Part shown: one piece after another, positions 1-12,634 of the stretch | How the letters are laid out: every line of letters begins with the position of its first letter | How positions within the stretch are numbered: the first letter of the stretch is position 1 | Origin: Auanema rhodensis | Lineage: Eukaryota > Animalia > Nematoda | DNA: 64,000 nt | NCBI GenBank assembly: GCA_964057225.1 | Contig: OZ059894.1 | Location: 8,866,001 to 8,930,000 of the forward strand | Direction: 5' to 3' | Made by a program: the position numbers and the translations under genes | The notes under the pieces: generated by a model | The model's database searches: none | What the model was told of the DNA's origin: nothing | Seen by the model: the letters and a program-made list of their open reading frames with translations, nothing else

Positions 1-1306
1 CGTTTATGATTCATGTCTCGTTTGTACTAACTTTTCATCAGCAGTTTTGGTACCAAACATTTGATAAATGTTTGAAAGACACTTTCTAAAACAAAAAATA
101 TTGAAATATCTTCAAGATAAGAGAAAGTTACAACCTTTGAACAATCTATTTCTCAATTAAAAAAGAAAGCATTTTAATAAAATCAAACGATAGTTGTCAT
201 TGTGAAACTGTGTGCCAATCGGCAAACGAGACGGTTTTTATGTTTTTAGAAAGGGTCTATGTTTTATTATTTACCGATGAATAAATTTAGATTGGGTCGA
301 CAATGAAGTTAAGCCTTTCCTTCATGCTATACAAAATTACCGAGTAATTAGTCTTAATTCAATGAAGTGATATGAGAATATTTTTAGTTGGTTCCTGAAC
401 TTCAGCTCTCTCATTGTGTAATCACCAAATCATTGTCAACAATACTTTTGAATGTCATATGTTATATATATGATACTGAAGGATTTTTGGGTAATGGTTT
501 AGATTTTAATGATGGATTTTGGGATGAGAAGTACTTTTGAAAATTTTTTTCTGACTTTAGAAATTTAATTATAGACTTTGTAATGGGCGAAACAGAGTTA
601 AAACTTATGAAGATTTAAAAAAGAATATGCCATTTGGAAACAATAATCTTGTTGTTCTACGAGAACCTTTAAGTAGATTTATAAGTGGTTTCTTGGACAA
701 ATGTACAAGGTAACAACTAGACTTAATAATATGTTTACTTATTATTCTTCTAGAGAATATAAATGTTTTGACTGTGAATTAAGCGATGTGTTTTGTGTTT
801 TACAAAACCTAAAATCGAGTTTAATTGATATTCAACTTGTAGTTTCAAAACTATATCCATGGCAGTTTGAATTAGCACACTTAGCTCCACAAACCTGGTT
901 AGTTCTATTGATTATATAATTACAATCAAACCCTGTTTCAGGTACTGTAATATGTCACACACTTATGAAAATGGGGTTTTTATTAAATATGGACACGGAG
1001 ATGAGCATGAAAGAATGATAAAAGATTTGTCAGCAGCACTTATACAGCTTGACGTTCCACGCGAAAAGGTTGATTTCATTCAGCGAGAACTTTTAAGTAC
1101 GTCGATTTAGTATTTGAAACTCTTTCATTTATAATTTCTATTTTTCAGAAGATAATCGTTCACCTCATACAACAGAGGATTGGGACCTAAGACCAAAGAC
1201 ATATCAAAAAATTCTCACGAATCAAACTATATTTGATTTATTTATGAATATATTTAAGTTGGATTATGAAGCGTTTGGTTTTGAGTTACCGAAACTTATA
1301 GTGTAG
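1..1306 (+). CDS. Sulfotransfer_2-family (carbohydrate sulfotransferase-like) gene, 5' end probably outside the window
   Basis: Stitched exons give CVITKSLST (5'-PSB-like), VLREPLSRFISGFLDKC (3'-PB), HLAPQTWYC and C-terminal DYEAFGFELP. Stop TAG at 1304-1306. Confidence 0.85.
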
Positions 1307-1499
1307 AAATTCGCAAATATTTAGTATTGTTTTTGAAATTGAATAATTAAATTAAATATAGTTATGAATAAATATATATTAATGCAAGTTTAAAAAAGTA
1401 ATTATTCATTAAAAACGTTTAACGCAATATTTCACGTGGTACGTGAAGTGATCTCAAACAACAGTTTATGCTAATTTTTTTCAAATTAGTGAATTTCTG

Positions 1500-1559
1500 A
1501 AGAATCTCATACAATAATAATAATAATTATTATTATTATTATTATTATATGAGATTCTT
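1500..1559. repeat. AT-rich near-perfect palindrome
   Basis: AAGAATCTCATA-C-(AAT)5 followed by (TAT)n-TATGAGATTCTT; the outer 12-bp arms are exact reverse complements. Confidence 0.85.
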
Positions 1560-2067
1560 TAAAACAAATTTAAAAAATATTTATACGCTTTGTTCATTTT
1601 ATCTCGCGATTTATCTAATGTAGATAACTATTATTAATTTGAGTAATTAATATATAATACATTGAATCCCTATGGAAAATAGAAAATCACCTCAATAGGT
1701 CAGCTCTATTCATTTTAAAGATCGTTGTTCGCCAACCTAGACACAATCTTCGACTTTTCAACAGGATGAACAAAACTAGAGAGATCCTTTAAAGATACGA
1801 AATGGACCTGTTCATTATTGTTACAATTTCATTAATGAATTTTTTATGTTTTCGTAACACCAAATAAAACATAAACTAGAGGTTTTTTATATCAAGAATT
1901 TTTAGTTTTCTTATGTTAGGAATGTGTTTAGCATTATCCACTTCCATTCATGATCATGCAGATGTAACAAAAATTTGAAATTAGGAACAAATTAATTCAT
2001 TAGAAATATTTTAAAATGATTCGAAGCACAAAGCTCAATTAATAACAAAGTTTTTAATAACAAAGCA

Positions 2068-2331
2068 TATCGTTTCGCCTACTCCCCCCATCAGATTATC
2101 ATTAGAGCGCATGCGTTTTTTACTCGAAAATACAGTCTCATCTCTGCGAGTTTATTACTTTTGATTTTTGTTGAAACTCTTTCCATCTGGGGGGTGATAC
2201 CTCCCAGACCCCCCGGATCTCGGATAGAGCACTCCACCTAGTTTATGCGAAGCTGGTGCGTGCCCAAAATGTTATACGCGCGCTCTAATGTTAACTCTCT
2301 GATTATTAGGACAGGAGTGGGCGAAACGATA
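2068..2331. mobile_element. MITE-like non-autonomous DNA element (~264 bp)
   Basis: Left end TATCGTTTCGCCTACTCC matches the reverse complement of right end GGAGTGGGCGAAACGATA at 17/18. An inner inverted block CATTAGAGCGC/GCGCTCTAATG and TA at both termini support it. No ORF. Confidence 0.7.
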
Positions 2332-2819
2332 CCAGCGCCAGCATAGCTTCAAACAAGTAAGCTTCAGCATCTTAATCGTACTGAATATCTACGAAGAGAA
2401 CTTGGTTGACGTACATCCAAATTCTCCCATTCAAATAAAAAATAGACCTTTGGTGTACACCAAACATATCATCAAAAAACTACACCTGAAGTCTTGATGA
2501 AACTTCTGAAATTCAAGAAAGAAGACTTCAAGCAGTTTATGAAATTTTCGGAGACTTCAGAAAATGCTTTCAAACATGATTAATTGATTAATGTTTTCTT
2601 AGCTCATTATCGTTATTTAAGACTAAATATATATATTTTTTCTAAATTTTTGTACTTTATGTGAGAAGATGTTAGGGTTTCTAGTTAGCGTCTGACTTTT
2701 ATCGCGTATATAAAAATTCTTATTTAATCTGAACGCACTTGGAAACAATTTTTAAAACTATAATACAACGATCGCATTGGCGTATAGGTAAAACAACAAT
2801 AATTATATTATTTAAGTTA

Positions 2820-4076
2820 TTAATTTGGTAAAGTGAAACCGAAAACATGATAATCATACTTATATATATCTAAAAATATTTTCATAAGTGTTGGATTTGC
2901 CCTAATTCGATCAATGACATCTTGTTGTGCTCGGAAGAATTGCTTATTTTCTGTTTGTAATAACGTAGATTAATATAAAAATATATTCTTACCCATAAGT
3001 TGCTGATTAATAACATCTATATCTGATGGGTCCATATCAAATTTTTCGAGTGTTTCGATATATTTTTTGATAGACATGTCCCATGTATCTTCTTCGTCAA
3101 ATTTGATGAAATAAGCCGCATTGTAAATCTTGTCCAATCGACAATTCCTGAATTTTTTCATGACAATGTACTATATATTTTCCTCTTCTCACCATGTTTG
3201 CGGAACAAATTTAGATATTTCAGTTATAATCCTCAGTCTTTGTGGTACTTTCATCTTGTAAGGTTCTTGTATAATCGCTCGTCTAGCAGATTCTAAAACA
3301 CATGCGATGTCGTCTGATGCACAACCAAAGCATGTACGACCTCTGAATTTAATACATTAATTCGTCTAATACAGTATTCAGAATATACCAACCTACGACA
3401 TTCTGTGTTAAAAATAATTGAAAATCTTGCTAAAGGATTCCTAAGTGTAACAATGGATCTGTAGCCGAAAGGCAACAATCGTATTAAGTGTTCATATCCA
3501 GGAGCCTCGTTTTTATTATCACAAAGACTGAATAGAATTTAATAAAATATTTGGAAAAAAATGATACTTAGTTCGTATTGCGATGGTTTGATTCTGTTCC
3601 AAAAATAAATCTGGATCATACATATAACAGGCGGCATTTCTCATAATATTGTACATATTTCCATATATTAAGCATTGACTGAATTTCTTAATGTGAACAA
3701 GCTAAATAAAATAATTGTTTTCTTTACTAAAACAATATTAATGAACTTACAGCAAAATCGCTTCTCGCAATCTTAAACGGAGGAATAGGATCGCTGACAT
3801 CTTGAAAAATGTTTATTTAATGTTATTACTTGTAATCATACCTGTTTTTAGAAATAGTAAAATATTCCGTTTGACTTGAGAAGTATACGAATTTGAATAG
3901 ATCAAATCAGATATGGTATCATTAGAGTTATCTATTGTTTTCTCTAATTTCACTTTAGAATTCTGATTAATATGCTGGACAATTATAAAACTTAATGGGA
4001 ATGATATAAGAAAACTAAGTATAACAGTTAAAATTATACTTAAAGTATTCCTATCATTGTACAAATAAATCTTCAT
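2820..4076 (-). CDS. Sulfotransfer_2-family protein, type II membrane anchor, degenerate PAPS motifs
   Basis: N-terminal TM (LSIILTVILSFLISFPLSFIIV); QCLIYGNMYNIMRNAACYMYD; LRNPLARFSIIFNTEC; FVPQTW; DYHVFGFTLPN-stop. Confidence 0.8.
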
Positions 4077-5292
4077 AATTCTAAGCACAGACACGTTGGA
4101 AGAATAAGAGGATAGTGTCTTCCTTATATATGAAAAGATAGATGGATACCCTTTCACGATAAGAGTCTTCAAGATTTGAGAAGATATCTTTGTACATCCG
4201 AGATGTATGATCAAAACGTGAGCTTGAACAAGTTTTCTTTATGTCTTCTTTTCTTTAAAATGTGTTTACCATGTGAATTCAGTCTACTTGTGTTCCTGTG
4301 TCATAGATTAAGATCAGTAGATATCCCGACATAATGGCCTATTGAATGTGAATTGAATTTGATATGTTGTAGTGATTTTTCATTCAACGACTGGAAATTA
4401 AAAAGAAAGTAAAATACTTTTTATATTTAAGGATAGAGAAAACTGTACTTATTACATGGTTGATTATTTAAATATTATCTGATTTAATTAGCTATAGAGA
4501 TATTATAAAGTGAAAAACAAGATCAAGATTGTAGATATTCTTCAGTTAATATCTCTAAAAGTTAGCTTAAGTATTTTAAAATCAGAATCAAATCTGATCG
4601 GTTTTAGTTTTAGTTGTTAATTTGATGTTGATTAAGATGATAAGTAGTTAATCTAACACTTAAATATCTTTTTCATAGTAAATAACTAATCGATGCTATA
4701 AAGAAAGAGTTCATCCTACACGTTATGATGAGTAAGCGTATTATTGAAGTTAATTTACTCCCAGATGAATTGTGGTTTTCGTACTATTACCTACAGAGTT
4801 GAGAAAACAAGAAATCTTCTAGTTTTAAATTTAATCTCTCTATCTAACAGATCTCCGGAAATCTCCATATCGATCAAATCGCTATGGTCCAGCCAGTTCT
4901 CCACAAAGAAGAGAAGCGTTTTTTCTGACACGGTCGAATCATACCGTTAGAATAAAGATGTTTAATTTAATACTTTCAAAGATATTTAAATGTTCTCTGG
5001 TTCACCGTTGACAGAACTTTTTAAATTTCAAATTTCTAGAATTATGATCATAAACGTAAGACACATACATATGTGTGTATATGAGTTTCGTGTTATTATA
5101 CGTCACGAGCTACACTAGCTCCTAAGAATTACTTCATGCCCATACAGTTTTCTAAAATAGCCGAAGCCTTCTTTACTGCTCAGTTCAACAAACAAAGAAG
5201 CTTGATATCAAAGTTATGAAAACTTCCTCTTGCTTCAAAACATTCAAACAATTATATTTTTATGTTTTAATCATCTACTTTTAGGTACAGAG

Positions 5293-6575
5293 TTAAATAT
5301 GTTGACTTGATGAAATGGAAAAACCAAATGCCATATAGTCATATTGGAATATATCCCAAAATATGCTCATAAGTTTTTCACTCTTCCTTATTCTTTGAAT
5401 AGTTAACGTACGTAATGAAGAATGTTCGGTCGCATGGATCGTTCGACTTGTTTCTGGAGCAAAGTTGTAATTCAAACTAACTTTTTAAAAGCATACTAGA
5501 CAATTCTTGACGAACATAGTCAATTTTAAATTTTGCGACGCCTACAACTTCTAAGGCCTTAGTCAAATCATTAACCATTCGATCATGATCCGGTCCACTG
5601 CCATATTTAACAAAATGAGATTCTTGAAAAATTTTTGCCATGCTGCAGTACCTATTTGAAAAAAAAATCATGACAAATATGATGTTGCAGTTTACCACGT
5701 CTGCGGGGCCAAATGAAGTATTTCGTACTGGTATTGCCTTTGAGGTGGAAGTACTTCAGTAGCATTAAATAGGCTTTCTTTTAATTTCTTCATTATACAT
5801 AGAAGATTATCTTTATGACAGTTGAAACATTTACGATTTCTGTATATTTGGAATATTATATTACTTTTGATATCTTACCGTCTACATTTATCCAAATAGC
5901 CACTAACAAAGCGTGATAAAGGTTCTCGCACGATAGTCAAAGTATTGAAGTTATAAGGAAGTCTTCTCAATAACTCGTCGTGACCATTAACTTCATTTCT
6001 TCGTAAACATAATCTGAATATAAGAAAAACTTAAGCAATCGGATAACATTTATACCTGTTATCCCAAAATCCAGTTGAAATACTTTCGTTTCTTTCGATG
6101 AATAATTCTGTATCGAACAAATAACACATAACATTCATCATGACTGTGGACATTGTTTTGGTTATAGGGCATTGGTTAAGCTTTAGTTCAGGTACAATCT
6201 TAATCAGAATTCGCAGCATGATGCAATCTCTTATTACTAACCTGGAACCTGTCTTTGGCAAATTGAAATGGAGGAACAACCGTATCATTACTTTCATCTG
6301 TGAAAACAATTCAAATATATATATTCAAAAGATTAAACTCTACCAATGGTATCTAGTATATCTCTCAAATTATTTCTGACGAGTAAGGTATAGTCAGATG
6401 GTTCATGGACTTCAGGACATTTTGGATGATTATCGCGCAAAATACTACGGTAAGTTTTGATAAAAATTGATGATGTGATTAGAATTATAGAGGTGAAAAA
6501 TAAAAAATGAATCACGTTAGACTTAAAATGAGACTTTGAAGTGTTCTTTTTCTCAATAGATGGAGCACCTATCAT
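5293..6575 (-). CDS. Sulfotransfer_2-family protein with intact motifs
   Basis: N-terminal TM; QCPITKTMSTVMMNVMCYLFD; VREPLSRFVSGYLDKC; HLAPQTWYC; DYMAFGF. Confidence 0.88.
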
Positions 6576-7067
6576 GACAAGTCTGTAAAAAAATTAAGAA
6601 ACTTCAATGAAATGTATACAACAGTAAATGTTCAATTTTTGGAAAAACTGACTTTTAGTAGTAATGACTCTATTTATAACATCTTATTTTTTCCATCTTC
6701 TTAATTAAATCTTAGTTATTATACAGTTTTGCGTTCATGAGTTAACATAACCTCATAATTTAGGTGGTCTATATAGTTGAAGATCAAATAAGACTAATTA
6801 TAAAAGTAGGTAAAGAATCGCTAAACTATTACTTGAATTTGGTGTAGAAAGGAGACAACCGTTCATTAATTAATTTTTCATTTAAAATAAAGTTATGGCA
6901 TTGTTTTCACGTTATTTTCCACGTAATTTCCATTTGTTAATCAGTTTTTTATGTTGAAAATAACGGAAAATTTTTGTAAAGTTGTGAATATTTATAACTA
7001 AGTGATAAAATAAATGAATTTATATATTATATATTATATATTATATATTAGGTTTCTAAAAAGAAAT

Positions 7068-8492
7068 TCAATTTCTTTCTGTTGGATTTTTAGGCAATCG
7101 AAAATCAAAGCCTTTAAAATCATTCACATATAAATACATGAAATCAGCATACAGGCTTTCATCATTTAAAATGCTATCCATAACATTTTTCTCCGTTTCA
7201 GTTGGCTTATTTGGAGTATACTCTGAAAATTATAATTTTACATTTGAGCTATATAAGTTATAAAGATATATTACTTATAAGTTCATTATGAATAAATTGC
7301 TGTTCTTCTTTAGAAAATCCAAATGATTTTAATGTTTCAACTAAATCAACGACCGTCTGTTGCCATTTATCGCCTTCGTTTATCTTCACGAAATGAGCAA
7401 GTTTTAAGAAATGTCTCATATTACAATTCCTGAAGAGTATACTGTAAATATCATAGACAATTGAACAAGAAAACCATGATTGTGGAGCAAAAGCTGTTAC
7501 GTCAGCATTGATGTGATCCTCGTGTTCTGGGATGATTGAAAGCAAATATTTTATTTGTGATAGTACACACTTCAAATCCGTTCCTTCACAGTTTAGACAT
7601 TTAACTACAATATTGTTATTTGTTTTCATTCTGTCATTAAATTGTGTTACCTGAAGCATTTTTCGTTGTAAATTCTTCCGAATCTTCTTCATTCCTAAAG
7701 TATTGTTATTTGCTTTTCGTTAATTATAAATTGTGTTACCTCAAGCATTTTTCTTTGTAAACCGTTGCAAATCTGCTTAATGGATCACGAACAAAAGCAA
7801 GCATATTGAAGCCATACGGCAATCGTTTAATTAGATTTTTAGCGTTTAAAGCCATGTGCCAACCTATTGGTTTCCTAATAAAAAATACTTAAAAACTTCA
7901 CTTTGATTAGTTATTATACTTAAATTTTGATTTGGTGAGGTTAACATTCTTCTGGAAGTATCTCTCACTGTCGTACAAATAAAATCCGAGATTTTGTTCA
8001 ATAATTGGTATGACTCCACTAATTGAACACTGACTGTACTTTTTCCCAGCAACAATCTAGGATAGTTAAATAACCTTCAATCATAAATTAGATAATTTAT
8101 ACATGATAGCGATTACCAGCAGATTTGAGTGGCAGAAGCAGCGTACGATCAGAGCGATCTTAAAAGGAAAAATAAATGTTTTTGATTTTTAAAAAGCAAG
8201 AAAACATACACCATTCTACATTCAAATTGTGCAGCAACCAACGAACGCGTTCAGTATAGTGTGATTTTTCAACATATGGTCCATCCAATATAGTTGTGTT
8301 ACCTTCACTACACATATAGGGAACATACTTTTGATATCTTGGAACGGGATTTTTGTGCTTCATAGTAACTACAGCATGAGTTAAATATAATACACAAACA
8401 AGGGATATAACTCCATATAATATAGGTTTGAGGTTAAGAGGAGAAACTTTTACCTCATATGGTAAAATAGTGTCTAAATTTATTTTCTCCAT
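7068..8492 (-). CDS. Sulfotransfer_2-family protein, degenerate PAPS motifs
   Basis: N-terminal TM (ILYGVISLVCVLYL); QCSISGVIPIIEQNLGFYLYD; FVRDPLSRFATVYKEKC; CLNCEGTDLKCVL; AFAPQSWNC; DFKGFDFRLP. Confidence 0.8.
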
Positions 8493-9530
8493 ACGAGCAG
8501 AGGAATATATAATAGAAGTGAATAGCCGTCGGGGATATCTTTTGAATATTTATATATATATATGTATCATGAACTGAAAAGGTATTCATTAAAGAACACA
8601 AACCAGATTATCTTCAAAGAGTGCAAGACGTGAAAGAAAAATCGAGTTTGATCAGATCTCAATCAGCTTTCTCATTTGAATTATTCTATGCCTCAGATCC
8701 ATATCAGATACCCACAGAGATTACCCATTTAACAGCATACTATACACAAATTAAACCAATATTGAACTTGTTGATTTTTAGTATTTAATTTTTTCATAAT
8801 GTACCCAATTATTTAATTCTAAATACGAGTTTGGGATTTATAAAAAGTTGATATTGCCATTGCCAAGCTGGACCAGCGTCGGGTCTGGAACATCCACGGA
8901 TTTCAGGATTGGTTTAGAAAAGCATATATAAAAAATATTAAGAAGAAAAAAAGGATTTTATAAAACAAAGTGGAGATATTCTCTCGTAGTTTTGAAGATT
9001 GATGAAGCCATCTTCAGATTATAATGGAAAAATCTACAACGGTATCAAATTTTTTATTTGGAAGAAAGGCTTCTTTAAAGGTTTTTAATTTTTTTTCAAT
9101 AAAATATTTGAAGATCCAGATAAGCTAGCATAACTGTGTAAGTCTTGAATTTTGATACTTGAATCATTGTTTCATTATCTGATTCTTTAAACCTTGAAGA
9201 TTTCTCACCAATGATCTTTAAAATGAAATGCGTTGATGGGACTGGTCATTGTTTAAAAATATAAGACCAAGAACGATTAAGATTGACCAAATATCGTTCA
9301 ATCTCCGATATTACCGAAACATTTTTAATCTTTTTATTTATATATGTATAAATGTGTATTTTCTCATGGGTGTGTAACAATTTTTAAACATATAAATCTT
9401 ACAGGTTTTATAAGTTGCGGTAAAACTTAAGCCATTTATTGGAACAGCTGGAAAAATGACAAAGCGGGCACGTTATTTACAATAAATTAGATTAAATTAA
9501 CAAATAAATAAATAAATAATTATTTCAATG

Positions 9531-11162
9531 CTAGTAGCAATATTTCTCATCTGAGCCATCGGCGCAATCTGGCACTCCGTTGCACCATTGAGGCTTTTTC
9601 ACAGATTGCTTCTGATTCTCACACAACAAATACTTTGCTTCACCTCCTTGTCCTAAATTAACTTATAGAAAATGAATAAGATATCTAAATTTCTGTAAAA
9701 TGAATATAACACTAACTGCAGTTCTTTTCGTCTTCTCCATTATAGCAATCTTTATTTCCATCACAATGATTTGACCACTCCACGCAACTTAAGCCCACTT
9801 TAGAATCACTACACATGAATTTACCAACACAAGCTATTAAGATATTATAAAATTAAACATTCAGAATAAGTTCTTACTGGAATTTTTACTGCAACCGAGC
9901 TCATCCATGTTACTGCCATCCCCACAATCATCAGGATTACCATCACAACGATATTCGGCTGGTATGCATTTACCGCTGTGAACACATGCATATTCGTCTC
10001 GCGCACAAGATGCTACAATTTTAATTTTTGAGTGCTTAAGAAGATTTCGCATATGGAAGCGTGCTCTGCTTCTGATTTCTTATGAACGTACGACAATTAT
10101 TCTCATCATCTCCGTCCGAACAGTCTGCATGTCCATCACAACGTTTACTTAACGGAAGACATTGCTGAGGGAGTGAGCAACATGCAAATTCCAAACTCTG
10201 ACAAGTTTCTTTGATTGCTTAAAAGAAGAGAAGTGACCATTTTACAGAATTACTGTTGTTTCTTATGAATTAGAAAATCGATAACTTACAGCAATGGGTT
10301 ACATGATCATACTCTGGACAAATTTTAACCGAATTTCTAAAGTTACAGTTTGTAGTAGCTTTATCAAAAGCTTGATCTTCTGATGTGCATTGAAGAAGAA
10401 ATGTGTGGCCAATAGCACACTTAAAAATATAAGTTTGTATTTGAAAAAAAAACTGAAATGACACCTGGAAGAAGATGTGAGAACATGTTGTGTTCCATAT
10501 GAAGTAGTCAAGCCTTTCTAATCCATATGTGGCTAAAACATCATCTGGGAACTCTCTCTGCAATGACTTGCGTGTTTCCTATTCTCAAATTTTTAATTAT
10601 ACCTTATCACAATAGTTTATTTCATAAGCATTCTTTGGCTTCTCTGGAACTGGTGTTGTGGCAGGGCTGGGAAAAACTCCGGGTCCAGATTCAACTACGG
10701 GTTGGTTCCAGTCAGAATCTTCTTCCTTCAAAATAAAGTTTTATTGACTCTTCTTAGCGACATATTAACATAATCTTCCTCGGGTGCTTCTCCTCCGTTC
10801 TCAATATTTGTAGGCTGTCCAACTTGAAAAGGTGGAATAACAGCAGGTAATACCGGTTGAATATTAGAAGCTTCTTCTTGAGCCAGCTTAAATTGTCAAT
10901 AAGACTGTCGAAATGCTTAACGAATAACTCACTCTTTCTCCAAATCTGTGAAAACTATCTTGAATAGCTTGTCTTGCGGTACCTGATGAAGCTGAAGGAG
11001 ACATCGAGCGCATATGTTCCTTCAAATAACATTTAAATAGAGTCAGGTTTTCTGTGAATTGAAAAATCTTACTTGAGAGTTAATATTCAATGAAGGAGGA
11101 AGAGGAACGTTAAAGCGTTGAGTTACAACAATACTCACACAAGAAAAGAAAATAATCCACAT
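9531..11162 (-). CDS. lrx-1: Secreted protein with a chitin-binding-like Cys domain and four LDL-receptor class A repeats (LRX-1)
   Basis: Signal peptide; REFPDDVLATYGLERLDYF...CSHIFFQC; LDLa repeats (CDGHADCSDGDDENNC etc.); ends CNGVPDCADGSDEKYCY-stop, closely matching recalled C. elegans LRX-1. Confidence 0.88.
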
Positions 11163-12634
11163 GACGAAGCCTATAATTTCAAAGAAAATAATGACCTTAC
11201 TATGAGATATTCTTAATATTTTCGAAAAAAAAAATAGAAATAGCAATGAATTATCAGAGAACAGTTGTTGAATTTTTATTTAACGATCTAGCAGCCAATG
11301 AACGAAAGAGAAACTAAAAGGAGTGGGCTCTTCTTGTGAAAAATGATAAACTGGAGTTTGAATTATTGTTGCTTGGGGTGCAAGCTTCTATGGTGTTGAA
11401 AACAATTTCTTTTGAGAACAGTCTAGCTTTTCTATTGACCCAACGGCACTAATATTGACCGAAAAATCTGGTCATTGCGTTCCAATCATCATGGAAAAAC
11501 CTTTCGGCTTGAGAAAAGATGATATCTAAATCATGAAGACAAGCGAACTATAGACAAAAGTTAGGAAAAAAAGAGTTTGAACAAGCGCTCATGTGAAAGC
11601 TCTTTTCACTTTATAGCTTTCACAAACTGGACGCATAGTAGAGATCAAAGTTAATAATTTTATTATTTGAAAACATAGCTTAATTTAGCTTCACCAAAGA
11701 TCGAGCAATTAGATGAATAAGAGGACAGTTATGAAGATGTTCTCGCATGAGTCTAATGGAGAGCAATGTTCTTGGATAGAGGTTTGTACAAGAATGCAGG
11801 TGAAGATCAATTTGAAGAACATGTCAACAACAATGAATATTGCGAGTGACCGTTGAAAAGCAAGCAATATGATTGCGACTGTAGAAAAAACTCAGAGGAA
11901 GTCCTATGTTAAAACCATACTGTTTAGGGATTTTATTTATTCAACTCTCGGTTCAACGTGACATGAAATACCGAAGGTGATGTTCACTATGAATGAATTG
12001 TTTCTGATCGGTAACTGAGTAAACAATACATATATGGAACAGCTAAATGTGAAATAAATAGGAATTTAGCTCAGAAAGAATAAAAAAGCTTGAAGTAGAC
12101 GCCTTGAATGATTTTTTCACGAATCTTTCACAAATGTCCACTATGTGTCTTGTTTTGTTCACTTTGCTCAACATTCCATTTCAAGCCTTTATTTCTATCG
12201 AACTCACATTGAAATTTACCTGTTCTCGACACTAAGTACACAATTTGAGCTTAAATGGTGAAGCTCAACGCCCCCACATAAGCAGTTTCGGAAGGAAACG
12301 AAAAATTCGTTCATCTTGGGTTTCACTTTTGCTTCTCTTCGCATTTCTAATACAGTAAAGAAATCTCCTTAAAGTGATGTCTCGTAATATTTGAATAAAT
12401 CTGCAAAACTAAAAACAAAAATATATTTATTCCACATTTGAAAATATAACTGATAATTCCACGTATTTTTTGAATTAGTCAGTCGTTCTGTTAATATTAA
12501 AACTTCTAGGGGAAACAATATAATATATGATATGAATAAGCAGCAAAAGTGTTAGTGAGCAAACCTGAGATATGAGATTAATGAATCTTACATTTCACCA
12601 AAAGCGAATGAATTTCAAAGTTTTTTTCAAGAAA

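Noticed and set aside
4680-5010. Possible small spliced gene on the plus strand
   Set aside because: It needs an implausibly short intron, has an upstream in-frame stop and shows no recognisable product.
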